A DNA stretch of 35,702 bases from Candidatus Micrarchaeota archaeon (GTDB lineage: Archaea > Micrarchaeota > Micrarchaeia > Anstonellales > Bilamarchaeaceae). A program made the translations under genes and the position numbers. Positions 25,599 through 35,702 of this stretch are shown here, one piece after another. The stretch spans positions 1 to 35,702 of the forward strand of contig JBFMCO010000009.1 in NCBI GenBank assembly GCA_040754495.1, in the 5' to 3' direction. Position 1 is the first letter of the stretch, and every line of letters starts with the position of its first letter. Under the pieces are notes generated by a model, which saw only the letters and a list, made by a program, of their open reading frames with translations, ran no database searches and was not told the origin of the DNA.

Positions 25599-26186
25599 GT
25601 GGATATGAAATTTACCACTAGGGAAGCAACGAGGGAAGCGGAAGGGAAGAAGGACGATTCAAAATTATCGAGGTTCAAGGCAGCCTCAGAGCGCCTTATG
25701 AGGCCTGCGGTGGTGGCGGCTTTCGCGGTCGGCTTCACCGTGGCCTGCGGGGAGGACCCCGGGCCGGCTGACAGCGGGCATGGCGGCGACGGCGGCACCG
25801 TTACCGACGGAGGCACAACCGACGGCGGAGGAGGCGACGGAGGAGGACCGGCAGAGCTCTGCACGCAGTATGGCCCCGGCGACGCGCACAGGGCGCTCTT
25901 CAACCTGGGCGACTCCAAGAGCCCGGGCGGAACCGGCACGTACTTCATGCGCTTCAGGCAGATAGTAGGAACCGGCACCGGCAGGGTTGGCGGCTTCCTG
26001 TATTATCCTGCAGACCTCTCGACTTCCGAGGGAATCGGCTTCAACGAAGGGGAAACGAAGACGAAGGACATCCCCGGCGTGGGAACCGTGACCTTCCAGC
26101 TCTGCGAGATGACTGCAAACCCGTGCACGGCCTCCACAGGGGACCCGGCCTGCACTGCAACGCTGGCAAGCAGCCATGGATGGTAA
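25599..26186 (+). CDS. Putative secreted lipoprotein-like protein with Asp-Gly-Gly linker
   Basis: Charged N-terminus, then a hydrophobic stretch ending TVAC-G (Cys50). DGG repeats follow, then a domain with four more Cys. Confidence 0.65.
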   Translation: MDMKFTTREATREAEGKKDDSKLSRFKAASERLMRPAVVAAFAVGFTVACGEDPGPADSGHGGDGGTVTDGGTTDGGGGDGGGPAELCTQYGPGDAHRALFNLGDSKSPGGTGTYFMRFRQIVGTGTGRVGGFLYYPADLSTSEGIGFNEGETKTKDIPGVGTVTFQLCEMTANPCTASTGDPACTATLASSHGW

Positions 26187-26214
26187 TTTATTCGTTTTTC
26201 TCCTTATCTAATCC

Positions 26215-27324
26215 GTGAAAGTCGCCATATTCTCAGACCCTCACCTGGGCTATGCCCGGTTCGAGGAGGATTCTTACATCCAGGCAGAACGTGCCATCCT
26301 CAGCGCTTCTGAAAAAGCCGACCTCATCCTCTGCGCAGGGGACATCTTCGACATAAAGATTCCCAAGCTCGAAACCCTGAAGAAGGGAATCGAGATTTTC
26401 AAGAAGGCGAAGGTGCCTGTTTTCTCCATCCACGGGAACCACGAAAGAAGGGCAAGAGACATGGTGAATCCTGCCCAGCTTCTTGCTGAAAGCACGGAAA
26501 TGGAGCTTCTTCACGCAAAAGACAGGGTTTTCGAGAAAAACAACGAAAAGGTGCAGGTTTTCGGAATTGGGAGCGTTCCCGAAGAATACGCAGAGCAGGC
26601 GGTCAAAAAGGCCATGGAGCGCTTCAAAAAGGAGGATGGCGCCTTCACCATCCTGATGCTCCATCAGTCCATAAAAGAGCTGATTCCGGGCGGCAAGGAC
26701 GAATTGTCCCTGGAATACCTGGAGGCCCTGCCCTTCGATTTAATCATAAACGGCCATATCCATGAAACCATCGTGAAGCTGGGGGGCAGGTTCATCATCC
26801 CGGGAAGCACGGTCATAACGCAGCTGAAGAAGGACGAGATGAACCCCAAGGGCTATTTCCTCTATGACACGAAAGCGAAAAAGGCCGAATTCGTGCAAAT
26901 AGAGTCCAGGAAGTTCTTCTACGAAGTGCTCGAATTTCAGGACGCAGGGGAAGCCGACGTCAGGGAGCGCGTCCGGGAAAGGATTGCGGAGCTGAAGAAG
27001 GCGCATCCCGAGGCCGTGATAGCCGTGAAAATAGACGGCACGCTGAAGCAGGGGCTTTCCACGGCCGATATCAAGCTTGACGGCTACGAGAACGTTTTCA
27101 TCGAAAACAGGCTGAACGCCGAGAACCTGGGCGCCAAGCTCGAAAAAATCAGGGTCAGCCGCGAGGCCAGCCTTTCCATGAGGGACATGGCCATAAAGGA
27201 GCTGAAGGCAAAGACGGAAGGGAAGGTGTCTTTCGACAGCTCGGAGCTGTTCGACAAGCTTCTTCTGGGCGTTGACGAGGCTTTGGAGTATTTGGAGAAG
27301 AATAAAAAGGATAGCAAGCAGTAA
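26215..27324 (+). CDS. mre11: Mre11/SbcD-family DNA repair nuclease
   Basis: Metallophosphoesterase motifs SDPHLG, AGDIFD, HGNHE, LHQ, GHIH and PGS. No rad50 is adjacent. Confidence 0.82.
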   Translation: MKVAIFSDPHLGYARFEEDSYIQAERAILSASEKADLILCAGDIFDIKIPKLETLKKGIEIFKKAKVPVFSIHGNHERRARDMVNPAQLLAESTEMELLHAKDRVFEKNNEKVQVFGIGSVPEEYAEQAVKKAMERFKKEDGAFTILMLHQSIKELIPGGKDELSLEYLEALPFDLIINGHIHETIVKLGGRFIIPGSTVITQLKKDEMNPKGYFLYDTKAKKAEFVQIESRKFFYEVLEFQDAGEADVRERVRERIAELKKAHPEAVIAVKIDGTLKQGLSTADIKLDGYENVFIENRLNAENLGAKLEKIRVSREASLSMRDMAIKELKAKTEGKVSFDSSELFDKLLLGVDEALEYLEKNKKDSKQ

Positions 27325-27395
27325 GTTTCAGGGCAAGTTTTTCTGAGGAAGTTTGATGGAAAATTTACCCTTAGCCAGACTGTAGGAAATTTTCC

Positions 27396-27523
27396 GCAGG
27401 GATGACAGAGCCAGGTCAAATGTGCGGCGCTTAGGACGCCGTGGCTTAACGCATGACGGCGCCGATTTATGGCGACGGAATGCGGGCCAAGTGCCTGCGC
27501 AGGTTCAAATCCTGCTCCCTGCA
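27396..27523 (+). tRNA. tRNA-Leu(TAG) with about 42-nt intron in the variable arm
   Basis: Acceptor GCAGGGA/TCCCTGC, anticodon stem CGGCG/CGCCG, anticodon TAG at 27432-27434, T arm GCAGG-TTCAAAT-CCTGC. The oversized variable region has a bulge-helix-bulge core; predicted intron 27449-27490. Confidence 0.88.
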
Positions 27524-27663
27524 TTTTGTCCTTTCCTCCGATAAGTCTCCGGATAAAGGACATCGAAACTTCAGCCGTATAAACTCCGTCCTTGGTATGG
27601 GAGTTAGAAATGGGCACCTCTGATTCGGGGTAAAACTCCTCCTTCAAAAGATGCTCCCGCATA

Positions 27664-28569
27664 TCACAAATCAACCTTGAGCCCAAGCTCCTTTTTCAGT
27701 TCCCGGTAGCGGTTCCTGATTGTTACCTCGGTGACCCCGGCGACGTCAGCCACTTCTTTCTGCGTCTTCTTCTCGCCGCGCATCGCCCCGGCGATGTATA
27801 GCGCAGCCGCGGCAACCCCGGTCGGCCCGCGCCCGGATATCAAGCCCTTGCGCAGGGCCTTGCCAACAAGCTTCACCGCGTCCTCCTGCACTGCGCCGCC
27901 AAGCCTCAATGCAGAGGCGAATTTCGAGATGTACTGGGCCGGGTCGGTGAGGGGAACGTCGACCTTGAGCTCGATTTTGATGAAGCGGTAGGCGCGCCCT
28001 ATTTCTTTCTTCGGGATGCCGGATGCCCTGGAAATCTCGTCAAGGGTCCTTGGGATGTCGTGAATCCTGCAGATGGCATAGATTACCGCGGCCACCACGC
28101 TCTCTATCAGCCGCCCTCTTATGAGTTCCGCCTTTACGGCCTTGCGGTAAAGGAGAGCGGCGCTTTCCTTTATGTTGTCAGGAAGGCCGACCGCTGAGCC
28201 GACGCGGTCGAGCTCGGAAAGCGCGATGACGAGGTTCCTTTCCATCGAGCTGGCTATGGAAACCCTCTTGTGCCATCTCCTCATGCGGTAAAGCTGGGCC
28301 TGCTTCTTCGGGCTTATCTTGCCGCCGCGGATGTCGCGGTTGTACTGGTCGATTTCGGTCACAAGGCCCTTGTTCGGCCTCATGAACTTTATCGGGGCGC
28401 CGCCCCTTGCTTTCTTTTCCTTCTGCTCGGTGTCAAAGGCCCTCCACTCCGGGCCCATGTCGTGTATGTTCTCCGAAAGTATGAGGCCGCAGCTGGAGCA
28501 GAGTATTTCGCCCTTCTCGTAATCACGGACCAAACGCTTGCTTTTGCATTCAGGACAACTGGTCGACAT
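27664..28569 (-). CDS. tfb: Transcription initiation factor IIB
   Basis: Zn ribbon CPECKS...CSSCG, B-reader GPEWRAFD, two cyclin repeats and GVTEVTIRNRY. Confidence 0.97.
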   Translation of the reverse strand: MSTSCPECKSKRLVRDYEKGEILCSSCGLILSENIHDMGPEWRAFDTEQKEKKARGGAPIKFMRPNKGLVTEIDQYNRDIRGGKISPKKQAQLYRMRRWHKRVSIASSMERNLVIALSELDRVGSAVGLPDNIKESAALLYRKAVKAELIRGRLIESVVAAVIYAICRIHDIPRTLDEISRASGIPKKEIGRAYRFIKIELKVDVPLTDPAQYISKFASALRLGGAVQEDAVKLVGKALRKGLISGRGPTGVAAAALYIAGAMRGEKKTQKEVADVAGVTEVTIRNRYRELKKELGLKVDL

Positions 28570-28678
28570 TGGCGGTATTGAAGCAGTTTGCATTAGGATG
28601 TTACACAGTGCCAATGTATATGGTTACCGGTTTTAGCCGGAGAGCCCATTTTGGCCTTGTTTGGCATTTTTGGCCCTG

Positions 28679-29149
28679 TCAGGACCTTCCTTCCTGCGCA
28701 AGGCCGATGCCAAGCTGTGAAACGTAAGCGCCTTTTTCGTCCCGGTAGAAAACGTCCATGACGCGCTTTTCCCGTCCTTCGTTCTCGGCATCGAATAGCT
28801 CAGTCGCGCCGTAAAGCATGTTCAGGACGTCGCCGAGGTCCCTTGCCGCGATGCCGTTGGACGCCATGGGCAGCGTCGAGCGTATCATGAAGTTTGCGCC
28901 CTGTTTTTCAAGAGGTTCCGCTTTTTCGGCAAGGCCGTGCGCGCCTTCGGCAAGAAGGGAGAACGCGATGCCTGAGCGGAGGTCGAAGACGGAGAATTCG
29001 GTTTCCGGGGGTATGCCGGTCTCGTCGTGCGCAGCCTTGATGTTCTCGAGCGCTTCCTTGAAGCGCGCCGCGAGGGCCGGGAACGGCCGCGGGTCGCTGC
29101 ATTTGAGCACGCCGTATGCAACCCCGGCACGGGCGGTAGTTTGAACCAT
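28679..29149 (-). CDS. Hypothetical protein
   Basis: Clean ORF between tfb and the helicase. TTTATTAA lies 23 nt upstream of ATG 29149. No family recognised. Confidence 0.6.
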   Translation of the reverse strand: MVQTTARAGVAYGVLKCSDPRPFPALAARFKEALENIKAAHDETGIPPETEFSVFDLRSGIAFSLLAEGAHGLAEKAEPLEKQGANFMIRSTLPMASNGIAARDLGDVLNMLYGATELFDAENEGREKRVMDVFYRDEKGAYVSQLGIGLAQEGRS

Positions 29150-29203
29150 AATAATCTTTGTATTGCAACACTTAATAAAGCTTGCATTCCAGTCCAAAAA
29201 ATG

Positions 29204-30319
<1,116 letters not shown>

Positions 30320-30515
30320 TCGTTCACCTTTTTTTGAAAAATCGATTTCGATTATCTTGTTGGAGGATAATAAAAATCAGGATTTCTCAGATTTTATAAC
30401 ATAATTATGCACAAGCCGGTTATTAATCATATGCATTTTTGGCTCTGTTTGCTTATTGCAGGCAATTGCTTTTCTCTCTTAAGGCTTCTTAGAATCTGGG
30501 ATTCAAAGCCCGAAT

Positions 30516-31088
<573 letters not shown>

Positions 31089-31138
31089 AATCATAGCATT
31101 CATCCCGAGTTTATAAAATCATCCATGCAGGGTGAACT

Positions 31139-32698
31139 TTACAGCTCAGCATTTTTCATCTTCTTGCCGCGCCTCAGCCTCTGGAATGTGACCGCGAACC
31201 TGTGCGCCTCGTCCCTGCACCGCTGCAGCAGCATGAGCGCAGGGTTCGAGCGGGAAAGCCTCAAAGTGTCCATCCGGTTCGGCAAATACAGCTCCTCCTC
31301 TTTTTTCGCTATCGCCACGACCGGAAGCCGGATGCCGGCTGCATCCATCCCGTCCATGGCCGCGTGCAATTGCCCGGCACCGCCGTCTATGAGAACGAGG
31401 TCGGGCAGCGGCTCGCCCTCGCCAAGCAGCCTGGAATAGCGCCGGAAAACGACCTCCTTCATCATGGAGAAATCGTCCTGCCCCGACACCGTTTTTATCT
31501 TGAATTTCCGGTAGCCGGATTTGTCAGGCTTCCCATTGACAAAGCGCACCATGGAGCCGACCGACTCCTCGCCGAACAGGGTAGAAATGTCGAACGCCTC
31601 AATGACGAGCGGGTTCTCCGCAAGAGCCAGCTCCTCCCTCAGCTTCAGCACGGAGCCGTCAATCTCCCCATAAACAAGGGATTTTGCGGCTATGTCCAGC
31701 ACCTTGAGCTTCTCCTTCCCGGGGACGTGGAAAACCGCTGTGGAGAGAGCCTGATTTACTATCCCTGTCTCCGCATGGGGGAGGTTCGAATAGACCGCAT
31801 CAGGCAGCTCGGAATAATACTGCAGGCAGAAGGACAATTCAGGGTCCTCCTGCTCTTTTATGGCCATCACGTGCTTCTCCGTCTTGCCGATGACGCCGTT
31901 CCTGCTGCGCAGGACCTGCACGTGGAGCGCTCCCCCGATGCGCTGGAACCACAGGAAGTCCTCGTCGCTTTTGCGCACGCGCTCCACCCTCTGCCTGTCG
32001 AAGAAGATTTTGAGCGACTCCGCCTGGTCGCGAATGGAAGCCGCTTTCTCGTAATCCAGCGCATCCGACGCCTCTTTCATCCTTGAGCCGAGCTCCCCGA
32101 TGATTCTCCTCGCGCCTTCTTTCCCTTCAAGGACGGACTGCAGCGCCTCCACGTTGCGCGAATAGTCCTCTTCGCTTATCCCTCCGGTGCACGGCGCGTC
32201 GCAGTTGCCGATATGATACTGCAGGCACTCCTTTCTGGGCAGCTTCGTGCATATCCGTATCTTGAACAGCTTGCGGAGATACCTGGCTGAAACCGCCCTT
32301 TTCGAGCCTTCGACAAATGGGCCGTAGAACTTCCCCTTTACGCGGAACTTCCCGGAAGGGCTTTTCCGCGCGACAAGGAGACGCGGGAATTTCTCTTCGG
32401 TAACCGCAAGATAGGAGAAATGCTTGGCGTCTTTGAGGACCATGTTGTATTTCGGCTGGTAGTTCTTGATGAGATTGGATTCGAGGATGAGCGCCTCCTT
32501 CGCGTCTTTCGTCACGACGAAGTCGATGGCCTTGAGCCGGGAAACGAGGAGCGAGGTCTTCGAATCGCGCTTCCCGGTGAAATACTGGGACAGCCTGGCG
32601 CGCAGGGAAGCCGCCTTCCCCACGTAGATGACGGCCCCTGAGCTGTCCTTCATCAGGTAGACGCCGGGCAGCTCCGGATACTTCGACCTATCGAACAT
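31139..32698 (-). CDS. uvrC: Excinuclease ABC subunit C (no C-terminal HhH domain)
   Basis: GIY-YIG domain (PGVYLMKD, YVGKA.SLRARL), UVR coil, FDIS, DDF, LIDGG.GQL and RDEAHRFA motifs. Confidence 0.95.
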   Translation of the reverse strand: MFDRSKYPELPGVYLMKDSSGAVIYVGKAASLRARLSQYFTGKRDSKTSLLVSRLKAIDFVVTKDAKEALILESNLIKNYQPKYNMVLKDAKHFSYLAVTEEKFPRLLVARKSPSGKFRVKGKFYGPFVEGSKRAVSARYLRKLFKIRICTKLPRKECLQYHIGNCDAPCTGGISEEDYSRNVEALQSVLEGKEGARRIIGELGSRMKEASDALDYEKAASIRDQAESLKIFFDRQRVERVRKSDEDFLWFQRIGGALHVQVLRSRNGVIGKTEKHVMAIKEQEDPELSFCLQYYSELPDAVYSNLPHAETGIVNQALSTAVFHVPGKEKLKVLDIAAKSLVYGEIDGSVLKLREELALAENPLVIEAFDISTLFGEESVGSMVRFVNGKPDKSGYRKFKIKTVSGQDDFSMMKEVVFRRYSRLLGEGEPLPDLVLIDGGAGQLHAAMDGMDAAGIRLPVVAIAKKEEELYLPNRMDTLRLSRSNPALMLLQRCRDEAHRFAVTFQRLRRGKKMKNAEL

Positions 32699-35510
32699 CA
32701 AGGACCTTCCTCAGGTAAGAGCCGGTGTGGGTGTTGCTTTTCGCGACCTGCTCCGGGGTTCCGTGGGCGACGATTCGCCCGCCTTCCTCCCCGCCTTCAG
32801 GGCCGAGGTCGATTACCCAGTCCGCGCTCTTGATGACGTCGAGGTTGTGCTCTATGACGATGACGGTGTTCCCCTTGTCGACAAGCCTCTGCAGGACCTG
32901 CAGGAGCTTGCTCACGTCGTCGAAATGAAGGCCTGTCGTAGGCTCGTCGAGAAGGTACATCGTCCGGCCTGTCGAGCGCCTTGAAAGCTCGTGCGCGAGC
33001 TTCACCCTCTGAGCCTCCCCTCCGGATAACGTCGTAGCCGGCTGGCCGAGCTTTACATATCCCAGGCCGACGTCGCAGATTGTCTCCAGCTTGTGCTTTA
33101 TCGCGGGTATGTTCTGGAAGAACTCCAGCGCCTCTTCCACGCTCATGTCCAGCACGTCCGCGATGTTCTTCCCCTTGTATGCTATCTCAAGCGTCTGCGA
33201 GTCGTATCTTTTTCCCTTGCAGACTTCGCACGGCACGTAGACATCGGCCAGGAAATGCATGGCGATTTTGATGAGGCCGTCGCCCTCGCAGTTCTCGCAG
33301 CGCCCTTCCGCGACGTTGAACGAGAAACGGCCCGGAGTATATCCGCGGGCCCGCGCCTCGGGCGTCTTCGAGAAAAGCTCCCTTATGGGCGTGAACGCCC
33401 CGACGTATGTGGCGGGATTCGAGCGCGGCGTCCTGCCTATCGGAGACTGGTCCACTGTGATTATCTTGTCCAGCTCGTGCGCGCCGCGTATCTCCCTGTG
33501 CCTGCCGGCTTTCAGCTTCGAGCCCATGAGCATGTTGGAGAGCGTCGGGTAGAGCGTTTCGGTTATGAGCGACGACTTGCCGGAGCCCGAGACGCCGGTG
33601 ATGCAGGTGAGCACCCCGAGCGGGAAGCCGGCATAGACGTCCTTGAGGTTGTTCTCGGACGCGCCCACAAGCTCGATGACTCCTTTCTTCTTCCTCCTCT
33701 CGGAAGGAAGAGGTATCGCCTTCCTTCCCGCAAGGTAATCCCCGGTTATGGAGCGCTTCTCCCGCACGATGTCCTCCACGCCGCCAAAAGCGACGATTTC
33801 GCCGCCGAGCCGCCCTGCGCCAGGCCCCATGTCTATCAGGTGGTCGCATTCGCGCATGGTCTCCTCGTCGTGCTCGACGACCACGAGCGTGTTGCCGAGG
33901 TCGCGCAGGCGCTTGAGCGTTGCAAGCAGCTTCGAGTTGTCCCTCTGGTGCAGGCCGATGGACGGCTCATCCAGGACATAAACTATTCCGGTGAGGTTCG
34001 AGCCGATTTGCGTGGCCAGCCGGATGCGCTGGGATTCCCCTCCTGAAAGGGTTGCGCTCTCCCTTGCCAGGTTCAGGTATGAGAGGCCGACGTTCTCGAG
34101 GAACTCCAGCCTGGAGCCGATTTCCTTCAGGATGGGCGCGGAGATTTTCCTTCCGCCCTCGCCGAGCTCGAGCCCCGAGAGGTAGCTCCTTGCGCCGCTT
34201 ATCGGAAGCTCGCAGACCTCCATGATGTTCCTGCCGCCGACAAGCACGCCGAGAATCTCGTCCTTGAGCCGCCTGCCCTTGCATTTAGGGCAGGTCTTTT
34301 CCAGCATGAACTTGGCGATTTCTTCCTTCCTGCTCTCGGACTGCGTCTGGTGGAAGAGGCGCCCGAGCTGGGGTATTATGCCCTCGAAATCGCTCGTGTA
34401 TTCGTAGGAGCTGCCGCTCTTGCTCTTGTATTTGAACTTAAGCTGGTCCTTCGTCCCGTAAAGCAGGATGTCGAGCTTCTCCTTCGGGATTTTGGAGACC
34501 GGCACGTCTATTTCTATGTCGTAGTTGAGGGCCACTTCCCTTATCTGGTGCATGCGCCAGCCCCCTTCCATCAGGCTCTTGTAGCAGGTGACGGCACCGT
34601 CTATTATGGAGAGCGAGCGGTCCGGGATGATGAGGTCCGGGTCGAACTCCATCTTGAACCCGAGGCCGTGGCATTCGGGACACGCGCCGAAAGGCGAGTT
34701 GAAGGAGAAATCGCGCGGCTGTATGTCGCCGAGCGAGATTCCGTGCTCGGGGCAGGCGTTTTTCCTTGAGTATAGCGTTTCGTGTTTTCCGTTTCGGGCT
34801 ATGAGCGTGCCGTTGCCCTGCTTGAGCGCGGCTTCGATGGCCTCATGCAGCCTTTCCCTGTTCTCTTCCGTGAGCGCCACCTTGTCCATGAGAGCGCTGA
34901 TTGCGTGCTTCTTGTTCTTGTCAAGCTTCGGCGTCTCCCCGCTTATGTCGAGCAGCTCGCCATTGACGTAGGCCTTGTAGATGCCGGCTTTCCGAAGCCT
35001 CTCGAACTCTTTTTCGAACCTGCCCTTCTCGCCCCGCGCGATTGGAGCAAGCATCTCGATTTTCTGCCCGCCCCGGGAAGAGAACAGGCTGGCCGCGATT
35101 TCGTCAGGCCCCTGCCGGGATATGGGCTTCTTGCATATGGGGCAGTGGGGGAGTCCGACGCGCGCATAGAGGAGCCTGAGATAATCGTAAATCTCCGTGA
35201 CCGTCCCCACGGTTGAGCGGGGATTCCTGGATGTCGTCTTCTGGTCTATGGAGATGGCAGGCGAGAGCCCTTCGATGGAATCCACGTCCGGCTTGTTCAT
35301 GATGCCGAGGAACTGCCGGGCGTAGGCCGAGAGGGATTCCACGTACCTCCTCTGGCCCTCGGCATAAAGCGTGTCGAAGGCGAGCGTGGATTTTCCGGAG
35401 CCGGAAAGCCCGGTCACGACCGTGATTTTTCCCCTGGGTATCTCTACGCTTATGTTCTTGAGATTGTGCTCTCTGGCGCCTCGAATCATTATGCTGCCTA
35501 TCCCGACCAC
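32688..35510 (-). CDS. uvrA: Excinuclease ABC subunit A
   Basis: GAREHNLK, two Walker A motifs ([18 protein letters not shown]), LSGGE signatures and Zn fingers. Confidence 0.98.
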   Translation of the reverse strand: MVGIGSIMIRGAREHNLKNISVEIPRGKITVVTGLSGSGKSTLAFDTLYAEGQRRYVESLSAYARQFLGIMNKPDVDSIEGLSPAISIDQKTTSRNPRSTVGTVTEIYDYLRLLYARVGLPHCPICKKPISRQGPDEIAASLFSSRGGQKIEMLAPIARGEKGRFEKEFERLRKAGIYKAYVNGELLDISGETPKLDKNKKHAISALMDKVALTEENRERLHEAIEAALKQGNGTLIARNGKHETLYSRKNACPEHGISLGDIQPRDFSFNSPFGACPECHGLGFKMEFDPDLIIPDRSLSIIDGAVTCYKSLMEGGWRMHQIREVALNYDIEIDVPVSKIPKEKLDILLYGTKDQLKFKYKSKSGSSYEYTSDFEGIIPQLGRLFHQTQSESRKEEIAKFMLEKTCPKCKGRRLKDEILGVLVGGRNIMEVCELPISGARSYLSGLELGEGGRKISAPILKEIGSRLEFLENVGLSYLNLARESATLSGGESQRIRLATQIGSNLTGIVYVLDEPSIGLHQRDNSKLLATLKRLRDLGNTLVVVEHDEETMRECDHLIDMGPGAGRLGGEIVAFGGVEDIVREKRSITGDYLAGRKAIPLPSERRKKKGVIELVGASENNLKDVYAGFPLGVLTCITGVSGSGKSSLITETLYPTLSNMLMGSKLKAGRHREIRGAHELDKIITVDQSPIGRTPRSNPATYVGAFTPIRELFSKTPEARARGYTPGRFSFNVAEGRCENCEGDGLIKIAMHFLADVYVPCEVCKGKRYDSQTLEIAYKGKNIADVLDMSVEEALEFFQNIPAIKHKLETICDVGLGYVKLGQPATTLSGGEAQRVKLAHELSRRSTGRTMYLLDEPTTGLHFDDVSKLLQVLQRLVDKGNTVIVIEHNLDVIKSADWVIDLGPEGGEEGGRIVAHGTPEQVAKSNTHTGSYLRKVLDVR

Positions 35511-35576
35511 CCTGAGAACTGGACGAAAAGAATATTGGTAAAGGAGTATTTATGGATTTCGGAGGCTGGTTTCCGC

Positions 35577-35702
35577 TGTATTATCCCGAAATAATGTAAC
35601 CTCGATAGAAAAACAAGGCTCAGACGAAATGCCTGAGCTTATGAAAAAGCTCAATCAGCGGAAAATCCGCTGGATTGTAAGGGAGTTCGAAAAGGGCGAG
35701 CT
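35577..35702 (+). mobile_element. Probable left end and transposase N-terminus of an IS481-family (ISA0963-like) element, truncated by the window
   Basis: Begins TGT (the IS481-type end) with an internal ATTAT/ATAAT inverted repeat. An ORF from 35629/35641 encodes MKKLNQRKIRWIVREFEKGEL, resembling HTH N-termini of archaeal IS481 transposases. Confidence 0.55.

Noticed and set aside
26215-27324. Stand-alone mre11 as a novel defence nuclease
   Set aside because: The motifs and length fit ordinary Mre11. rad50 may simply lie elsewhere, which cannot be judged from this window.
27084-27686. 200-aa minus-strand ORF
   Set aside because: Antisense to mre11 and tRNA-Leu. The segment MQGAGFEPAQAL is simply the reverse-translated tRNA T arm.
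28640-28678. Short TTTGGC repeats upstream of tfb
   Set aside because: Only three imperfect 6-8 nt copies, too weak to distinguish from chance.

Overview
High-GC archaeal chromosome window: it carries TFB, tRNAs with BHB-type introns and TATA-driven leaderless genes. A DPANN lineage such as Micrarchaeota is plausible but is an inference. Bases 1-25132 form a large surface-glycan biosynthesis and tailoring locus. It holds four GT2 glycosyltransferases, one GT4, a GT-C-like membrane protein, a flippase and a polysaccharide pyruvyl transferase. It also holds CysD and CysN (no CysC and no classical sulfotransferase in the window), three AlkP-superfamily paralogs and five CapK/PaaK-like adenylate-forming ligases. 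A GNAT, a small RHH protein with an RLxxLGY tail, and an embedded TrpB2 whose indole-binding Glu is replaced by Asp complete it. Housekeeping and accessory genes follow: tRNA-Ile(GAT) with a 140-nt highly structured inverted-repeat intron, a lipoprotein-like ORF, mre11, tRNA-Leu(TAG) with a variable-arm intron, tfb, a DEAD-box helicase, a low-GC DUF4256 gene, uvrC, uvrA and the left end of a probable IS481-family element. The best candidates for novelty are the TrpB2*/CapK-like/CysDN/AlkP glycan-tailoring system and the MITE-like tRNA intron.
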